Source: Alphaproteobacteria bacterium (lineage in GTDB: Bacteria > Pseudomonadota > Alphaproteobacteria > Bin95). Taken from it: DNA of 64,000 nt. The DNA lies in the NCBI GenBank assembly GCA_965215305.1, contig OZ244041.1, forward strand, positions 3,486,283-3,550,282, read 5' to 3'. The position numbers and the translations under genes are program-made. How positions within the stretch are numbered: position 1 is the stretch's first letter; each line of letters opens with the position of its first letter. The notes beneath the pieces are model-generated. The model was not told the origin of the DNA and did not search any database. It worked only from the letters and a program-made list of their open reading frames with translations. This document shows positions 21,588 through 31,776 of this stretch, piece after piece.

Positions 21588-22805
21588 ATGGCTCGGCGCG
21601 GCATGAGTTTCGGCGTCTTCCTCGCTCCCTTCCACGCGCTCGGCGAGAACCCGACCGTCGCCATGAGCCGCGACATGGAGCTGATCGAGTGGCTCGACCA
21701 TCTGGGCTATGACGAGGCCTGGATCGGCGAGCACCATTCCGCCGGCTGGGAGATCATCGCCGCGCCCGAGATCTTCATCGGCGCGGCGCTGGAGCGGACG
21801 AAGCACATCAGGCTGGGCTCCGGCGTGACCTCGCTCCCCTACCACCACCCGATGCTGGTAGCGCAGCGCTTCGTCCAGCTCGATCATATGAGTCGTGGGC
21901 GGACGATGTTGGGCTGCGGACCGGGCGCGCTGGTGACCGACGCCTATATGATGGGCATCAAGCCGACCGACCAGCGCCGGCGGATGATCGAGTCCCTGGA
22001 CGCCATCGTGGCGCTGCTGGAATGCGGCGAGCCGGTGACGATGGAAACCGACTGGTTCACGCTCCGCGAGGCGCGGCTGCATCTGGCGCCCTGGACCGAG
22101 GGGCGCTTCCCCATCGCCGTCGCCTCCACCATCACGCCTTTCGGCATGATGGCCGCCGGGCGCCACGGCATCGGCGTGCTCTCCATCGGGGCGGGCATTC
22201 CCGGCGGGCCGGAAATGCTGGCGAAACAGTGGCGGATTGCCGAGGAGGAGGCCGCGAAGCACGGCAAGACCATGAACCGCCGGGACTGGCGCGTCGTCGT
22301 CAACATGCACCTCGCGGAGGACGACGAGGAAGCGCTGCGCCAGGTGAAGGCCGGCGAGCGGCTCGAAACCGTGACCTATTTCGAGGAGACGCTGGGCCGC
22401 CCGCCCGGCCGCGCCGACGATCCGGTGCGCGAAGGCGTGAAGATGGGCACGACGCTCATCGGCTCGCCGGAGACCGCGATCAAGGGCATCGAATATCTGC
22501 TGGAGCTCTCGAAGGGCGGTTTCGGCGGCATCCTCTTCCGCGCCAACGAGTGGGCGAACCGCGAGGACACGATGAAGAGCTACGAGTTGTTCGCCCGCTA
22601 TGTGGCGCCCCGCTTCCAGGGCTCCATGGACGCGCTCTACGGCTCCAACGCCTTCGTGCGCGAGAACCGGCTGCGCGTGCTGGAGGGCAATGTCGAAGCG
22701 GTCAGGCGCGCCTTCACCGACGCAGGCCGCGAGGTCCCCGCCGGCTTCGAGGACCGCACGCTCGGCGGCGGCGACCTGCCGAAGGAAGAGGACGCGGCGG
22801 AATAG
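21588..22805 (+). CDS. LLM-class flavin-dependent monooxygenase (limonene 1,2-monooxygenase-like)
   Basis: FGVFLAPFH, GYDEAWIGEHHSAGWE, SLPYHHP, GPGAL.TD. Confidence 0.9.
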   Translation: MARRGMSFGVFLAPFHALGENPTVAMSRDMELIEWLDHLGYDEAWIGEHHSAGWEIIAAPEIFIGAALERTKHIRLGSGVTSLPYHHPMLVAQRFVQLDHMSRGRTMLGCGPGALVTDAYMMGIKPTDQRRRMIESLDAIVALLECGEPVTMETDWFTLREARLHLAPWTEGRFPIAVASTITPFGMMAAGRHGIGVLSIGAGIPGGPEMLAKQWRIAEEEAAKHGKTMNRRDWRVVVNMHLAEDDEEALRQVKAGERLETVTYFEETLGRPPGRADDPVREGVKMGTTLIGSPETAIKGIEYLLELSKGGFGGILFRANEWANREDTMKSYELFARYVAPRFQGSMDALYGSNAFVRENRLRVLEGNVEAVRRAFTDAGREVPAGFEDRTLGGGDLPKEEDAAE

Positions 22806-22842
22806 AGCAAAGGGTCGAGCGCCCCGGCCTGGGCTTTCCCGG

Positions 22843-22971
22843 CCAGCCTTCCTCGCCCTCCAGCCTGCCGAAGCCGGCTTCCGGATGGCGGTTTTCGGGT
22901 GTTATCCGGTCCATCATCCTGGCCAGCCGGTATTTCCATTCGGCGAGGCGGCGCGTCAGGAGGCGGTTTCC
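22843..22971 (-). pseudogene. Putative C-terminal remnant of an AbrB/MazE-family antitoxin
   Basis: The frame reads GNRLLTRRLAEWKYRLARMMDRITPENRHPEAGFGRLEGEEGW, similar to the MazE C-terminus (..L..L...ITPEN.H...D.G.P.G.E.W). No N-terminal AbrB domain, no stop after the W, no toxin gene. Confidence 0.5.
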
Positions 22972-23036
22972 TTGCCCGCCGCGGGGCTTTTCGGCATGTC
23001 CTACCGCCGCGCCATAGCTTGCGCTTCCCGTCCCGT

Positions 23037-24422
23037 TCAAAACCCCGCGAGCTCGTCCCCCAGCCGGGCGAGCACCGAGTCGAGGCGGTCCACGGCCTCG
23101 TCGATCTCGTTCCGGTCGATGCAGAGCGGCGGGGCGATGGGAATGATGTGGCCGGCGCGGCCGAGCATGCGATGCGCGCGCATGGCCCGGACCGCGCGCC
23201 TGTCGAGCGCCGCCACCTTCGGGAATTGCGCCTTCGTCCCGCGGTCCTTCACCAGCTCCAGCGCGCAGAACAGCCCCATGCCGCCGCGCACATCGCCCAC
23301 AATGTCGTGCTTGCGGAGCGTTTGCAGGCGCTCGAACAGGTAATCGCCCATCTCGCGCGAACGCGCCGCCATGTCCTCGCCTTCCATGATGTCGAGATTG
23401 GCGAGCGCCGCCGCGCAGGAGGCCGGATTGCCACCGAAGGTGATGAGATGCTGGAACACATTGTCCTCGCCGGAGAAAGCCTCTGCGACCTTGCCCGTCG
23501 CGACGGCGGCGCCGATGGGCAGATAGCCACTGGTCAGGCCCTTGGCGACGGTGAATATGTCGGGCTTTACCCCCCAATGCTCCATCGCAAACATCTTGCC
23601 CGTCCGGCCGAAGCCGGTGATGACCTCGTCCGCGATGAGCAGCACGCCATGGCGGTCGCAGATTTCGCGCACCGCCGGCCAATAGTCGGGATGCGGCGTG
23701 TGGATGCCTGCCGCCGCCGAGACCGGCTCGGCGATGAAGGCCGCCACCGTCGCCGGACCCTCATGCAGGATCGCCCGTTCCACATCCTCCGCACATTCCA
23801 TGTTGCACGCGCCCGCCGCCGCGCACAGATGGCAACGATATGACGCCGGCTGGGCCACATGGATATTGCCCGGGACGAGTGGCCCGAAATGCATCGGCAC
23901 GCTACCACCGCCCGGCCCGCCCCGGCCGAGGCTGGTGCAGGCGAGCGTCGCGCCGTGATAGGAGCCACGCCGGGAAAGCACCTTCCAGCGCGTCGGCGCA
24001 CCGTTCAGGTGGTGGTAGTTCTTGGCGATCTTGAGGGCGGTCTCGTTCGCCTCCGACCCGCCGCTCACGAAATAGACCCGCGCCGCCTCATCCCCGCTGA
24101 GCCGCGCCAGCCGGCCCGAAAGCTCCGCTGTCGCCGGGCTTACCGTATCGTTCGGCGAAAAGGCGAGTTCCAGCATCTGCCGATAGACGGCATCGGCGAT
24201 CTCCTGGCGCCCATGGCCGATATTCACGAGCCAGAGGCCGGACATGGTGTCAAACCAGCGTTCGCCCTCGTCATCGATCACCCACACGCCCTTGCCATGA
24301 GTGACGAGCCTGAGGCCGGTCTCTCCCGCGACATTCCCCACCGCGCCGGAATGCGGCCAGAAATGCGCCTCGGCGTCGGCGCGAGCCCGGTCGAGGTCGG
24401 GGGCGTTGGCGAAATCGGGCAT
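23037..24422 (-). CDS. Class III PLP aminotransferase (omega-amino acid/polyamine type)
   Basis: [48 protein letters not shown]. Start at MPDFANA. Confidence 0.92.
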   Translation of the reverse strand: MPDFANAPDLDRARADAEAHFWPHSGAVGNVAGETGLRLVTHGKGVWVIDDEGERWFDTMSGLWLVNIGHGRQEIADAVYRQMLELAFSPNDTVSPATAELSGRLARLSGDEAARVYFVSGGSEANETALKIAKNYHHLNGAPTRWKVLSRRGSYHGATLACTSLGRGGPGGGSVPMHFGPLVPGNIHVAQPASYRCHLCAAAGACNMECAEDVERAILHEGPATVAAFIAEPVSAAAGIHTPHPDYWPAVREICDRHGVLLIADEVITGFGRTGKMFAMEHWGVKPDIFTVAKGLTSGYLPIGAAVATGKVAEAFSGEDNVFQHLITFGGNPASCAAALANLDIMEGEDMAARSREMGDYLFERLQTLRKHDIVGDVRGGMGLFCALELVKDRGTKAQFPKVAALDRRAVRAMRAHRMLGRAGHIIPIAPPLCIDRNEIDEAVDRLDSVLARLGDELAGF

Positions 24423-24598
24423 ACGCCGGGTCTCCCTCCAATATGCAAGCCCTGCAACCGGCGCGAACCGCCCGGCGGGCCTCCGCGCAAACAGTATCAC
24501 CTGCTCACCGAACCGAACAGTTTGCGCACCCGGTCCGGACATGCGGAAGCAGGGCCTCCGTCAAGCTACTGCCCGGAACGAAAGCGTTTGCTTTGTAT

Positions 24599-25483
24599 CT
24601 ACGATGCGTGTCGGCGGTGTCTGATCCGCTCGCGCCAGAGCACATAGAGGCCCGAGGCGACGATCAGCCCGCCGCCGGCAAGCGTCGCCGCATCCGGCAG
24701 GTCGCGGAAGGCGAACCAGCCGACCAGCACGGCCCAGAGCATGCGCGAATAGTTGAAGGGCGCGAGCAACGCCGCCTCGGTGACGGCGAAGGCGTTTATC
24801 ATCAGGAAATGCGCGCCTGCGCCGATCGCGCCCGAGACCGCCATCCAGGCCCACATCTCCCAGGCGGGCCACTGCCAGACGAAGGGCATGGCGAGCGTGA
24901 GCAGCAGCGCACCGCCGGCCGAAGTGCAGAACAGCGTTGTCAGATGGTCGTCCCGCGCCGTGATGATGCGCGTCACGAGCTGGAAACCCGCAAAGAAGAC
25001 CGCGCCGATGAGCGGCAGCACCGCCGCCCAGTGGACGATGCCGAGGCCCGGGCGGATGACGATCACGACGCCCGCCCAGCCGAGCAGCACCGCCGCCCAG
25101 CGATGCGGGCCGACCCGCTCCTTCAACACCGGCCATGAGAGCGCGGTCATGAAAAGCGGCGCCGCGAAGCTGATGACGGTTGCGTCCGCCAGCGCCAGAT
25201 ATTGCAGGCCGACGAACAGCATGGAGAGCGAGCCCACCAGGCAACCCGCACGCAATGCCTGCAAGCCGGGATTGCGCGTGCGCAGCCAGCGCCGGAGCGG
25301 GACGCGGGCGATGAGGAAGCCGGCAGTCAGCGTCACGGTGATGAAGGTGAAATAGCCCCAGGCGACCTGGACGCCGCTCAGGTTCGACGCGACATGCTTG
25401 GCGATGGCGTCCACCGCGGTGATGCCGACCATGGCGCCGAGCATGAGCGGGATGCCGAGGGACGGGCGGTGGCGCGGCGGCAA
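24599..25483 (-). CDS. DMT/EamA family transporter
   Basis: About 10 TM segments, LADATVI.FAAP, LKERVG..RW, IRPG, LAPFNY. Start uncertain (TTG at 25483). Confidence 0.85.
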   Translation of the reverse strand: MPPRHRPSLGIPLMLGAMVGITAVDAIAKHVASNLSGVQVAWGYFTFITVTLTAGFLIARVPLRRWLRTRNPGLQALRAGCLVGSLSMLFVGLQYLALADATVISFAAPLFMTALSWPVLKERVGPHRWAAVLLGWAGVVIVIRPGLGIVHWAAVLPLIGAVFFAGFQLVTRIITARDDHLTTLFCTSAGGALLLTLAMPFVWQWPAWEMWAWMAVSGAIGAGAHFLMINAFAVTEAALLAPFNYSRMLWAVLVGWFAFRDLPDAATLAGGGLIVASGLYVLWRERIRHRRHAS

Positions 25484-25590
25484 GGGCGTTCCGTTCGGGC
25501 TGGGGGAGCCAATCCCCGTGCAATAGCTGGAAATGCCGCGCCGGGCTATGATGGCGGCCGAATTTACGGCATCGAGGCGAGGACAGGACC

Positions 25591-27012
25591 ATGGACGGGC
25601 TCCACACGACAGCGACGGACGCAGCAACGGCGAACCGGCCGATCGCCGCCATGCTGGCCGAATTCGCCTGCGGGCTCGACGACCGGGCGGTTCCCGATCG
25701 GGTGATGGAGCGCGCGCGCCTGCATATTCTGGACTGCATCGGCATCGCGCTCGCCTCGACCGGCTACGAGTTCGGGCAGCGCACGGTGGACGCCATGCGC
25801 GGGCTCGCCGGCGAGGGGCCGTCGCCCGTCATCGGCGCGGATGTCCGCCTGCCGATGCGCGATGCGGCGCTCGTCAACGGCACGCTGGTCCACGGCCTCG
25901 ACTATGACGACACCCATTCCGACGGCGTGGTCCATGCCTCGGCCTCGGCCTTCGTCGCCGCGCTCGCGCAGGGCTTCGCGTCCGGCGCGACCGGGCGGGC
26001 GTTGCTGGCCGCCTATCTGGTCGGCGTGGAAGCCTCCTCGCGGATCGGCCAGGCGGCCCAGGGCGGCTTCCATCTGCGTGGGCACCATCCGACCGGCCTC
26101 GTGGGCGCGTTCGGCGCGGCGCTGACGGCGGCCCGCCTTGCCGGCCTGTCCGAGCGCGAGGCGGCGATGGCGCAGGGCATTGCGCTCTCCATGGCCGCCG
26201 GCAGCCTGGAGTTCCTGTCCGACGGCGCCTGGACGAAGCGCATCCATCCCGGCTGGGCGGCGGTGGCCGGCATCACCGCCGCGGCGCTCGCCGGCGGTGG
26301 CTTCCAGGGGCCGAGCGCGCCCTATGAGGGCCGTTACGGCCTCTACAACCTGCATCTCGGCGCGGATCACGAGGCGCGGCTTGACATGGCGACGGCGGAT
26401 CTGGGCGAGGTCTGGGAGCTGGAGAATGTGGCGTTCAAGCCCTACCCCGCCTGCCACTTCAACCACGCCTTCGCCGACGCTGCCCTGGCGCTCCGGCGCG
26501 AATACGGGCTCCGGCCGGAGGATGTGGACAGCATTACCGGCTATCTGGCCGAGGCGCAGGCCAATGTCGTCTGCCGCCCGGAAGCGACCAAGAAGCGCCC
26601 GCAGAACAGCTATGACGCGCAGTTCTCGATGCACTACACCATTGCAGCGGCGCTCAAGCACGGGCGCTTCACGCTGGACGAGATCGACGCGCAGGCGATC
26701 ACCGACCCCGAGGTGCTGGCGCTGGCGGACCGGGTGGATTTCGCCATCGATCCGGACACGGCCTTCCCTCGCTACTATTCCGGCGAGATCAGGGTCCGCA
26801 CCCGTGACGGGCGCGAGTTCAGCCACCGCGAATCGGTCAACCGGGGCTCGGACGCCAACCCACTCTCAGCGGAGGATATCTCGGCCAAGTTCCGGGACAA
26901 TGCGCAGCGCGCCGTCGGCCCGGAGCGCATGGAGCGGATCTTCGACGCCGTCATGACCCTCGACCGCGCCCCCGACCTCGGCGCGCTCGACGCCGCGCTC
27001 TGCCAGGGCTGA
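25591..27012 (+). CDS. MmgE/PrpD family protein
   Basis: NGTLVHGLDYDDTH, VHAS, KRIHPG, FKPYPACH, AQFS. Confidence 0.92.
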   Translation: MDGLHTTATDAATANRPIAAMLAEFACGLDDRAVPDRVMERARLHILDCIGIALASTGYEFGQRTVDAMRGLAGEGPSPVIGADVRLPMRDAALVNGTLVHGLDYDDTHSDGVVHASASAFVAALAQGFASGATGRALLAAYLVGVEASSRIGQAAQGGFHLRGHHPTGLVGAFGAALTAARLAGLSEREAAMAQGIALSMAAGSLEFLSDGAWTKRIHPGWAAVAGITAAALAGGGFQGPSAPYEGRYGLYNLHLGADHEARLDMATADLGEVWELENVAFKPYPACHFNHAFADAALALRREYGLRPEDVDSITGYLAEAQANVVCRPEATKKRPQNSYDAQFSMHYTIAAALKHGRFTLDEIDAQAITDPEVLALADRVDFAIDPDTAFPRYYSGEIRVRTRDGREFSHRESVNRGSDANPLSAEDISAKFRDNAQRAVGPERMERIFDAVMTLDRAPDLGALDAALCQG

Positions 27013-27097
27013 GACAAGGCGCCGGATTGACGCCGGCCTCCGTCGGAATAGCTACTTGCCCCGCCCGAACGGCAGAGCACGCTGACCGGAGGACCGG

Positions 27098-29380
27098 ATG
27101 CCGTCTCGTTTCTCTTCCATCGCCGCGGGGCTTGCCGTCGGCGCGATAGCGCTCGCGCTCTCGGCCTGTTCGCTGCTGGCGCCGCTGCCGAAACCCAAGG
27201 GCGTCGCCGCGCGTCTGGAGGCCTTCCCGGCACGCGGCCTGCCGTTGGAAGGGCGCGTGACGATCCGCTGGAACGAGCAGCAGATTCCCTTCATCGAGGC
27301 GCAAAGCGACGGCGATGCGGCGTTTGCGCTCGGCCTCGTGCACGCGCATTTGCGGCTCGGCCAGATGGCGACGGTGCGCATGCTCGCGCGCGGACGGTTG
27401 TCGGAGATGATCGGCCCCCTGGGCGTCGACATCGACCGCGGCCTGCGCACGCTTTCCTATGCCCGCGCAGCGGCGGAAATCGAACGGGACATGGACGAGG
27501 CCACCCTGCTCTGGGTCCGGCGTTTCGTGGAGGGCGTCAACCACTACCAGACCGCCGCCGCCGAACTGCCGCACGATTTCGGCGTTCTGGGCCTGGAGCC
27601 GGAGCCCTGGACCGTGGCCGACGTCCTGGCCATCGGCCGCCTCGGGGGCACCGATGTGAACTGGCTGGTCTGGGCCGATCTGCTGCCGCACCGCGCGCGA
27701 AAGGACTGGTCCGAACTCTGGGCGCGCCTCGTGAAGCAGGGAAGCGCGTCCTTCGCCAGTTTCGGCGGCCCGGAGCGGACGGCCGCGATACGGCAATGGC
27801 TCGCCGGGCTGCCGAAATCGGGCAGCAACAGCGTCGCCGTGGCGGGCCATCGCAGCGCCACCGGCGGCGCACTCATGGCCAACGACCCCCATCTCGGCAT
27901 ATTTATACCCAATGTCTGGCTGATCGCCGGCCTTAAATCCCCCTCCTACCACGCCGTCGGACTGATGGCGCCGGGCCTGCCGATCTTCGCCATCGGCCGC
28001 AATCCGCACATCGCCTGGGGCGGCACGAACATGCGCGCGGCCTCGAGCGACCTCATCGATGTTCGCGGCATACCCGATTCCGGGATCGCGGAACGGCGGG
28101 AGCCGATCGGCGTGCGCTGGTGGTTCGACGAGGAGATAACCGTCCGCGAGACCCGCTGGGGGCCGATCGTGACCGACACGCCGCTTCTCTCGGGGTTGGA
28201 CCTGCCGCCGCTTGCGCTGAAATGGACCGGGCACAGCGCGAGCGACGAAATCGGCGCCATGCTTGCGGCGAGCCGGGCGGAGAGCTTCCCGGAGTTCCGC
28301 GCCGCCTTCGACCGCTTCGCCGTGCCGGGACAGAACATGCTCTATGCCGACAGGGACGGGAATATCGGCCAGGTGATGGCAGTGCAGCTGCCCGCGCGCC
28401 GGGGCGTGCCTGCGGACATTTTCCTCGACAGGGCCGCGCATGACGCCTCCTGGGGCGCGATGCGCGGCGCAGCGGACCTTCCCTGGAGCCTCAACCCGGA
28501 CAACGGCTTCCTGGTCTCGGCCAATAACCGCCCGACGGAGACGGACATACCCGTCGGGTTCTTCTTTTCGCCCGACGACCGCGTCAAGCGCATGACCCGG
28601 CTGGTCGGGAGCGGGGGCAAGGTGGACGTCGAGGCCCTCAAGGCGCTGCAACGGGATGTGTATATGCCGTCCTCGGCCGCGCTGCGCGACCTCTTCCTTT
28701 CCCGGATGGACGCGCTGGGGCTGGCCGAGACGGCCGACGCCAAAAGCGTCGAGGCGATAGACCGGCTGCGCCAATGGGACGGCGCATATCGGCGCGACTC
28801 CCTCGGCGCAGTCGCTTTCGAGCAGTTCCGCCACAGCTTCACCCAGCGCTTCTATGTCCTCCGCTACGGCGAAGACGACGGCGAGTCCTTTGCGAAGATG
28901 CGCCGTGGCACGGCGCTGTTGACCGACGATATCGCCGCTGCGGACGAGGAGACCATGCGCGCGGCGCTCGCCGCCGGACTGCGCGCAGCGGCGGACGGCC
29001 TCGACGCCTTCTCCGATTGGGGAGACATGCACCGTCTCCGCCTCGCCCACCCGCTCTCCCGCATTCCGCTCATCGGCGGGAAATACCGTTTCGTTGAAGA
29101 GGGCGTCGGCGGCAGTTCGGAGACGGTGATGAAGACCGCGCATAACGCGACGACGGAGCGCCATACGGTCACATACGGCTCCAATGCGCGCCATATTTCG
29201 GACCTGTCACACCCGGACGAGAATTATTTCGCCCTGCTCGGCGGGCAGGACGGCTGGTTCAACAGCTCGACCATGCTCGACCAGTGGGAGCTGTGGCGCC
29301 GGGGTGACTATGTGCGCGTGCCTCTGACGCTGTCCGAAGTGCGCGCGCAATTCCCGCATGCGCTGTCGCTGGAGAAGTGA
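27098..29380 (+). CDS. Penicillin acylase family (S45 Ntn-hydrolase) lipoprotein
   Basis: Lipobox LALSAC, LG.VHA..RL.QM, GRLSE..G, autocleavage site G/SNSVAV, ANDPHL, PGQN..YAD..GNIG, SANN. Confidence 0.9.
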   Translation: MPSRFSSIAAGLAVGAIALALSACSLLAPLPKPKGVAARLEAFPARGLPLEGRVTIRWNEQQIPFIEAQSDGDAAFALGLVHAHLRLGQMATVRMLARGRLSEMIGPLGVDIDRGLRTLSYARAAAEIERDMDEATLLWVRRFVEGVNHYQTAAAELPHDFGVLGLEPEPWTVADVLAIGRLGGTDVNWLVWADLLPHRARKDWSELWARLVKQGSASFASFGGPERTAAIRQWLAGLPKSGSNSVAVAGHRSATGGALMANDPHLGIFIPNVWLIAGLKSPSYHAVGLMAPGLPIFAIGRNPHIAWGGTNMRAASSDLIDVRGIPDSGIAERREPIGVRWWFDEEITVRETRWGPIVTDTPLLSGLDLPPLALKWTGHSASDEIGAMLAASRAESFPEFRAAFDRFAVPGQNMLYADRDGNIGQVMAVQLPARRGVPADIFLDRAAHDASWGAMRGAADLPWSLNPDNGFLVSANNRPTETDIPVGFFFSPDDRVKRMTRLVGSGGKVDVEALKALQRDVYMPSSAALRDLFLSRMDALGLAETADAKSVEAIDRLRQWDGAYRRDSLGAVAFEQFRHSFTQRFYVLRYGEDDGESFAKMRRGTALLTDDIAAADEETMRAALAAGLRAAADGLDAFSDWGDMHRLRLAHPLSRIPLIGGKYRFVEEGVGGSSETVMKTAHNATTERHTVTYGSNARHISDLSHPDENYFALLGGQDGWFNSSTMLDQWELWRRGDYVRVPLTLSEVRAQFPHALSLEK

Positions 29381-29407
29381 CGACGGAAGGGGACCGGGCC
29401 ACCGGCC

Positions 29408-30949
29408 ATGCATGACGCGACCTGGCTTCTCCGGCTCTATGCCCGCCACCGCCTTCGGCAGCTGGCGCAGATAGACCCGAAGCAGGCGCAGCGCCGTGTC
29501 CTGTCGTCCCTCATCCGGAAGGCGCGCGACACGCAATTCGGGCGGGACCACGGGTTTTCCGACGCCTGGTCCCTCGACGATTTCCGGTCGCGCGTCCCGC
29601 TCAGGGACTATGACGCCTTCTGGGAAAGCTACTGGCGCACGCCCTTCCCGCGCCTGGACAATTGCACCTGGCCGGGGCCCGTTCCGTGGTTCGCCGTGTC
29701 GTCCGGCACAACGACCGGCACCACGAAATACATCCCCGTCAGCCGCGAGATGCGCCGGTCGAACGTGCGCGCGGGCACCGAACTGTTGGTCCACCATGTT
29801 GCCAACCGGCCGGAAAGCCGGCTGCTCGCGGGCCGTGTCTTCATGCTCGGCGGTTCAACCGGGCTGGTCCGGCAGGCGCCGGGGGTCTCCAGCGGCGACC
29901 TGAGCGGCATCGCGGCGGCGGAAATGCCCGGCTGGGCAAGGCTGCGCTACTTCCCGCCGCACGACCTGGAGACGATCGCCGACTGGGAGGAGAAGATCGA
30001 CCGCTTTGCGGAGCGCTCCCTGGACGAAGAGATTTCGGGCGTTGCCGGCACGCCGAACTGGCTGCTGATCTTTTTCGAGCGCCTGGCCGAGATCGCCGGC
30101 GGGGCGAGCCGGATTGCCGACATTTATCCCGCATTGGAAATGCTGTCGCACGGAGGCGTCGCCTGGGCGCCCTACCGCGACCGTTTCGCCGCCCTGCTCG
30201 AAGGCAGCGACGCGGAAACGCGCGAGGTCTATCCCGCAAGCGAGGGGTTCTTCGGCATTGCCGACCGCGCGGACGGCGAGGGCCTCCGGCTTCTGCTCGA
30301 CACGGGCATCTTCTACGAATTCATTCCCCTCGACCGGCTGGACGACCCCGAACCCGACTGCCGCTGGGTGGGCGACGTGGAGCCGGGCGTCAACTACGCC
30401 CTCGCCGTGACCACATGCGCGGGGCTCTGGCGCTACATCGTCGGCGACACGGTGACCGTGGTCGAACGCGACCCGCCGCGCGTCCTCGTCACCGGGCGGA
30501 CGAGCTACATGCTGTCCGCCTTCGGCGAACATGTGATCGGCGCCGAGGTCGAGCGCGCCGTGGCGGAAGCCGCAAGGGCCATCGACGCGACGGTCACCGA
30601 CTTCGCCGCCGGCAGCCTGTTTCCGGAGGAAGCCGGCCAGCGCGGCGGGCATCTCTATATCGTCGAGTTCGGAGCGGACGGGGCCGGCATCGACCGCGGG
30701 CGGCAGGCGCGCTTCGCCGAAACGCTGGATGCAGCGCTCTGCCGCCTCAATGACGACTATGACGCCCACCGCGCCGGCGGCTACGGCATGGACGCGGCGC
30801 GCGTGCGCCTCATGCCTCCCGGCGGCTTCGCGGCATGGATGAAGAGCCGCGGCAAGCTCGGCGGACAGAACAAGGTGCCCCGCATCGTCAACGACCGCGC
30901 ACTCTTCGCCGCCTTGCAGGCATTCGCCGACGGATACGGGGCCCCGTGA
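29408..30949 (+). CDS. GH3 auxin-responsive-promoter family protein (ANL-type acyl-amido synthetase)
   Basis: T.FGR.HGF, SSGTTTGTTKYIP, YPASEGFFG, FYEFIP, GLWRY.VGD, GKLGGQNKVPR. Confidence 0.92.
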   Translation: MHDATWLLRLYARHRLRQLAQIDPKQAQRRVLSSLIRKARDTQFGRDHGFSDAWSLDDFRSRVPLRDYDAFWESYWRTPFPRLDNCTWPGPVPWFAVSSGTTTGTTKYIPVSREMRRSNVRAGTELLVHHVANRPESRLLAGRVFMLGGSTGLVRQAPGVSSGDLSGIAAAEMPGWARLRYFPPHDLETIADWEEKIDRFAERSLDEEISGVAGTPNWLLIFFERLAEIAGGASRIADIYPALEMLSHGGVAWAPYRDRFAALLEGSDAETREVYPASEGFFGIADRADGEGLRLLLDTGIFYEFIPLDRLDDPEPDCRWVGDVEPGVNYALAVTTCAGLWRYIVGDTVTVVERDPPRVLVTGRTSYMLSAFGEHVIGAEVERAVAEAARAIDATVTDFAAGSLFPEEAGQRGGHLYIVEFGADGAGIDRGRQARFAETLDAALCRLNDDYDAHRAGGYGMDAARVRLMPPGGFAAWMKSRGKLGGQNKVPRIVNDRALFAALQAFADGYGAP

Positions 30950-31039
30950 CGCCCCAACCCAAAATTGACGCGCCCCCTGTCCGCCGCCATAGTTGACGGC
31001 AAGATGAATGACAGTCGGGCGCTGCCGAGGGGACGGTCG

Positions 31040-31408
31040 ATGGAGACGGTGAGGGTCGGGTCGGTCGAGGAGTTCGAGCCGCTGCCCGCCAGGAAGGTGG
31101 TGGAGGTCGGCGGCGAGGAGATCGGCGTCTTCCGTCTCGATGATGGCTTCTACGCTTGGCGCAACAACTGCCCGCACCAGGGCGGCCCGGTCTGCCAGGG
31201 CCGTATCTATCAACGCGTGCTGGAGGCGCTCGACGCCGGGCGCCGCTCGCTCGGGCGGCGCTATGACGAGGAGCGGGTCAATATCGTCTGCCCGTGGCAC
31301 GGGCTGGAATACGACATCCGCACCGGCCGCCATCCCGGCAATGACGGCATGGCGCTGGAGCCTGTCGCGGTCCAGGTGCAGAGTGGAGAGGTCTATGTCT
31401 CCCTCTGA
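31040..31408 (+). CDS. Rieske [2Fe-2S] ferredoxin
   Basis: CPHQGGP ... CPWHG, with a long insert between the two motifs. Confidence 0.92.
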   Translation: METVRVGSVEEFEPLPARKVVEVGGEEIGVFRLDDGFYAWRNNCPHQGGPVCQGRIYQRVLEALDAGRRSLGRRYDEERVNIVCPWHGLEYDIRTGRHPGNDGMALEPVAVQVQSGEVYVSL

Positions 31409-31772
31409 CCTGAGGGGCCATAACGATCCCTATGCGGATTTCGATGAGGACGCCCGCCGGCTCTGGATGATGGCCGCCGAGGCGGTCGAGCGCGGCGAGG
31501 CCCACCAGATACCGGACAGCGCCGTCGCCGACCTGATGACCGCCGCCGTCAAGCTATATGCCGCCAAGGCCGACGGCGAGGACCGCACCTTCCGCCCGCT
31601 GCGCGGGCGCTATGACGAGGTGGTAACGCCGACCGAGGCGCTCACCGCCGTCACCGAATTGCTGCGGGCGCTCCGCCTCGGGCCGATGGAGTTCGGCCTC
31701 TGGTCCCGTCGCCGCCCGGAGGATTACCATTTGAGCGAGGCCGCGCCTGCGGCCGTGCAGGAGGAGGCCTGA
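31395..31772 (+). CDS. Small helical hypothetical protein (125 aa) coupled to the Rieske and amidohydrolase genes
   Basis: Overlaps the Rieske gene by 14 nt and ends 4 nt before the next ATG. Reads LMTAAVKLYAAK...TPTEALTAVTELLRA....MEFGLW. Confidence 0.75.
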   Translation: MSPSDLRGHNDPYADFDEDARRLWMMAAEAVERGEAHQIPDSAVADLMTAAVKLYAAKADGEDRTFRPLRGRYDEVVTPTEALTAVTELLRALRLGPMEFGLWSRRRPEDYHLSEAAPAAVQEEA

Positions 31773-31776
31773 GCCC

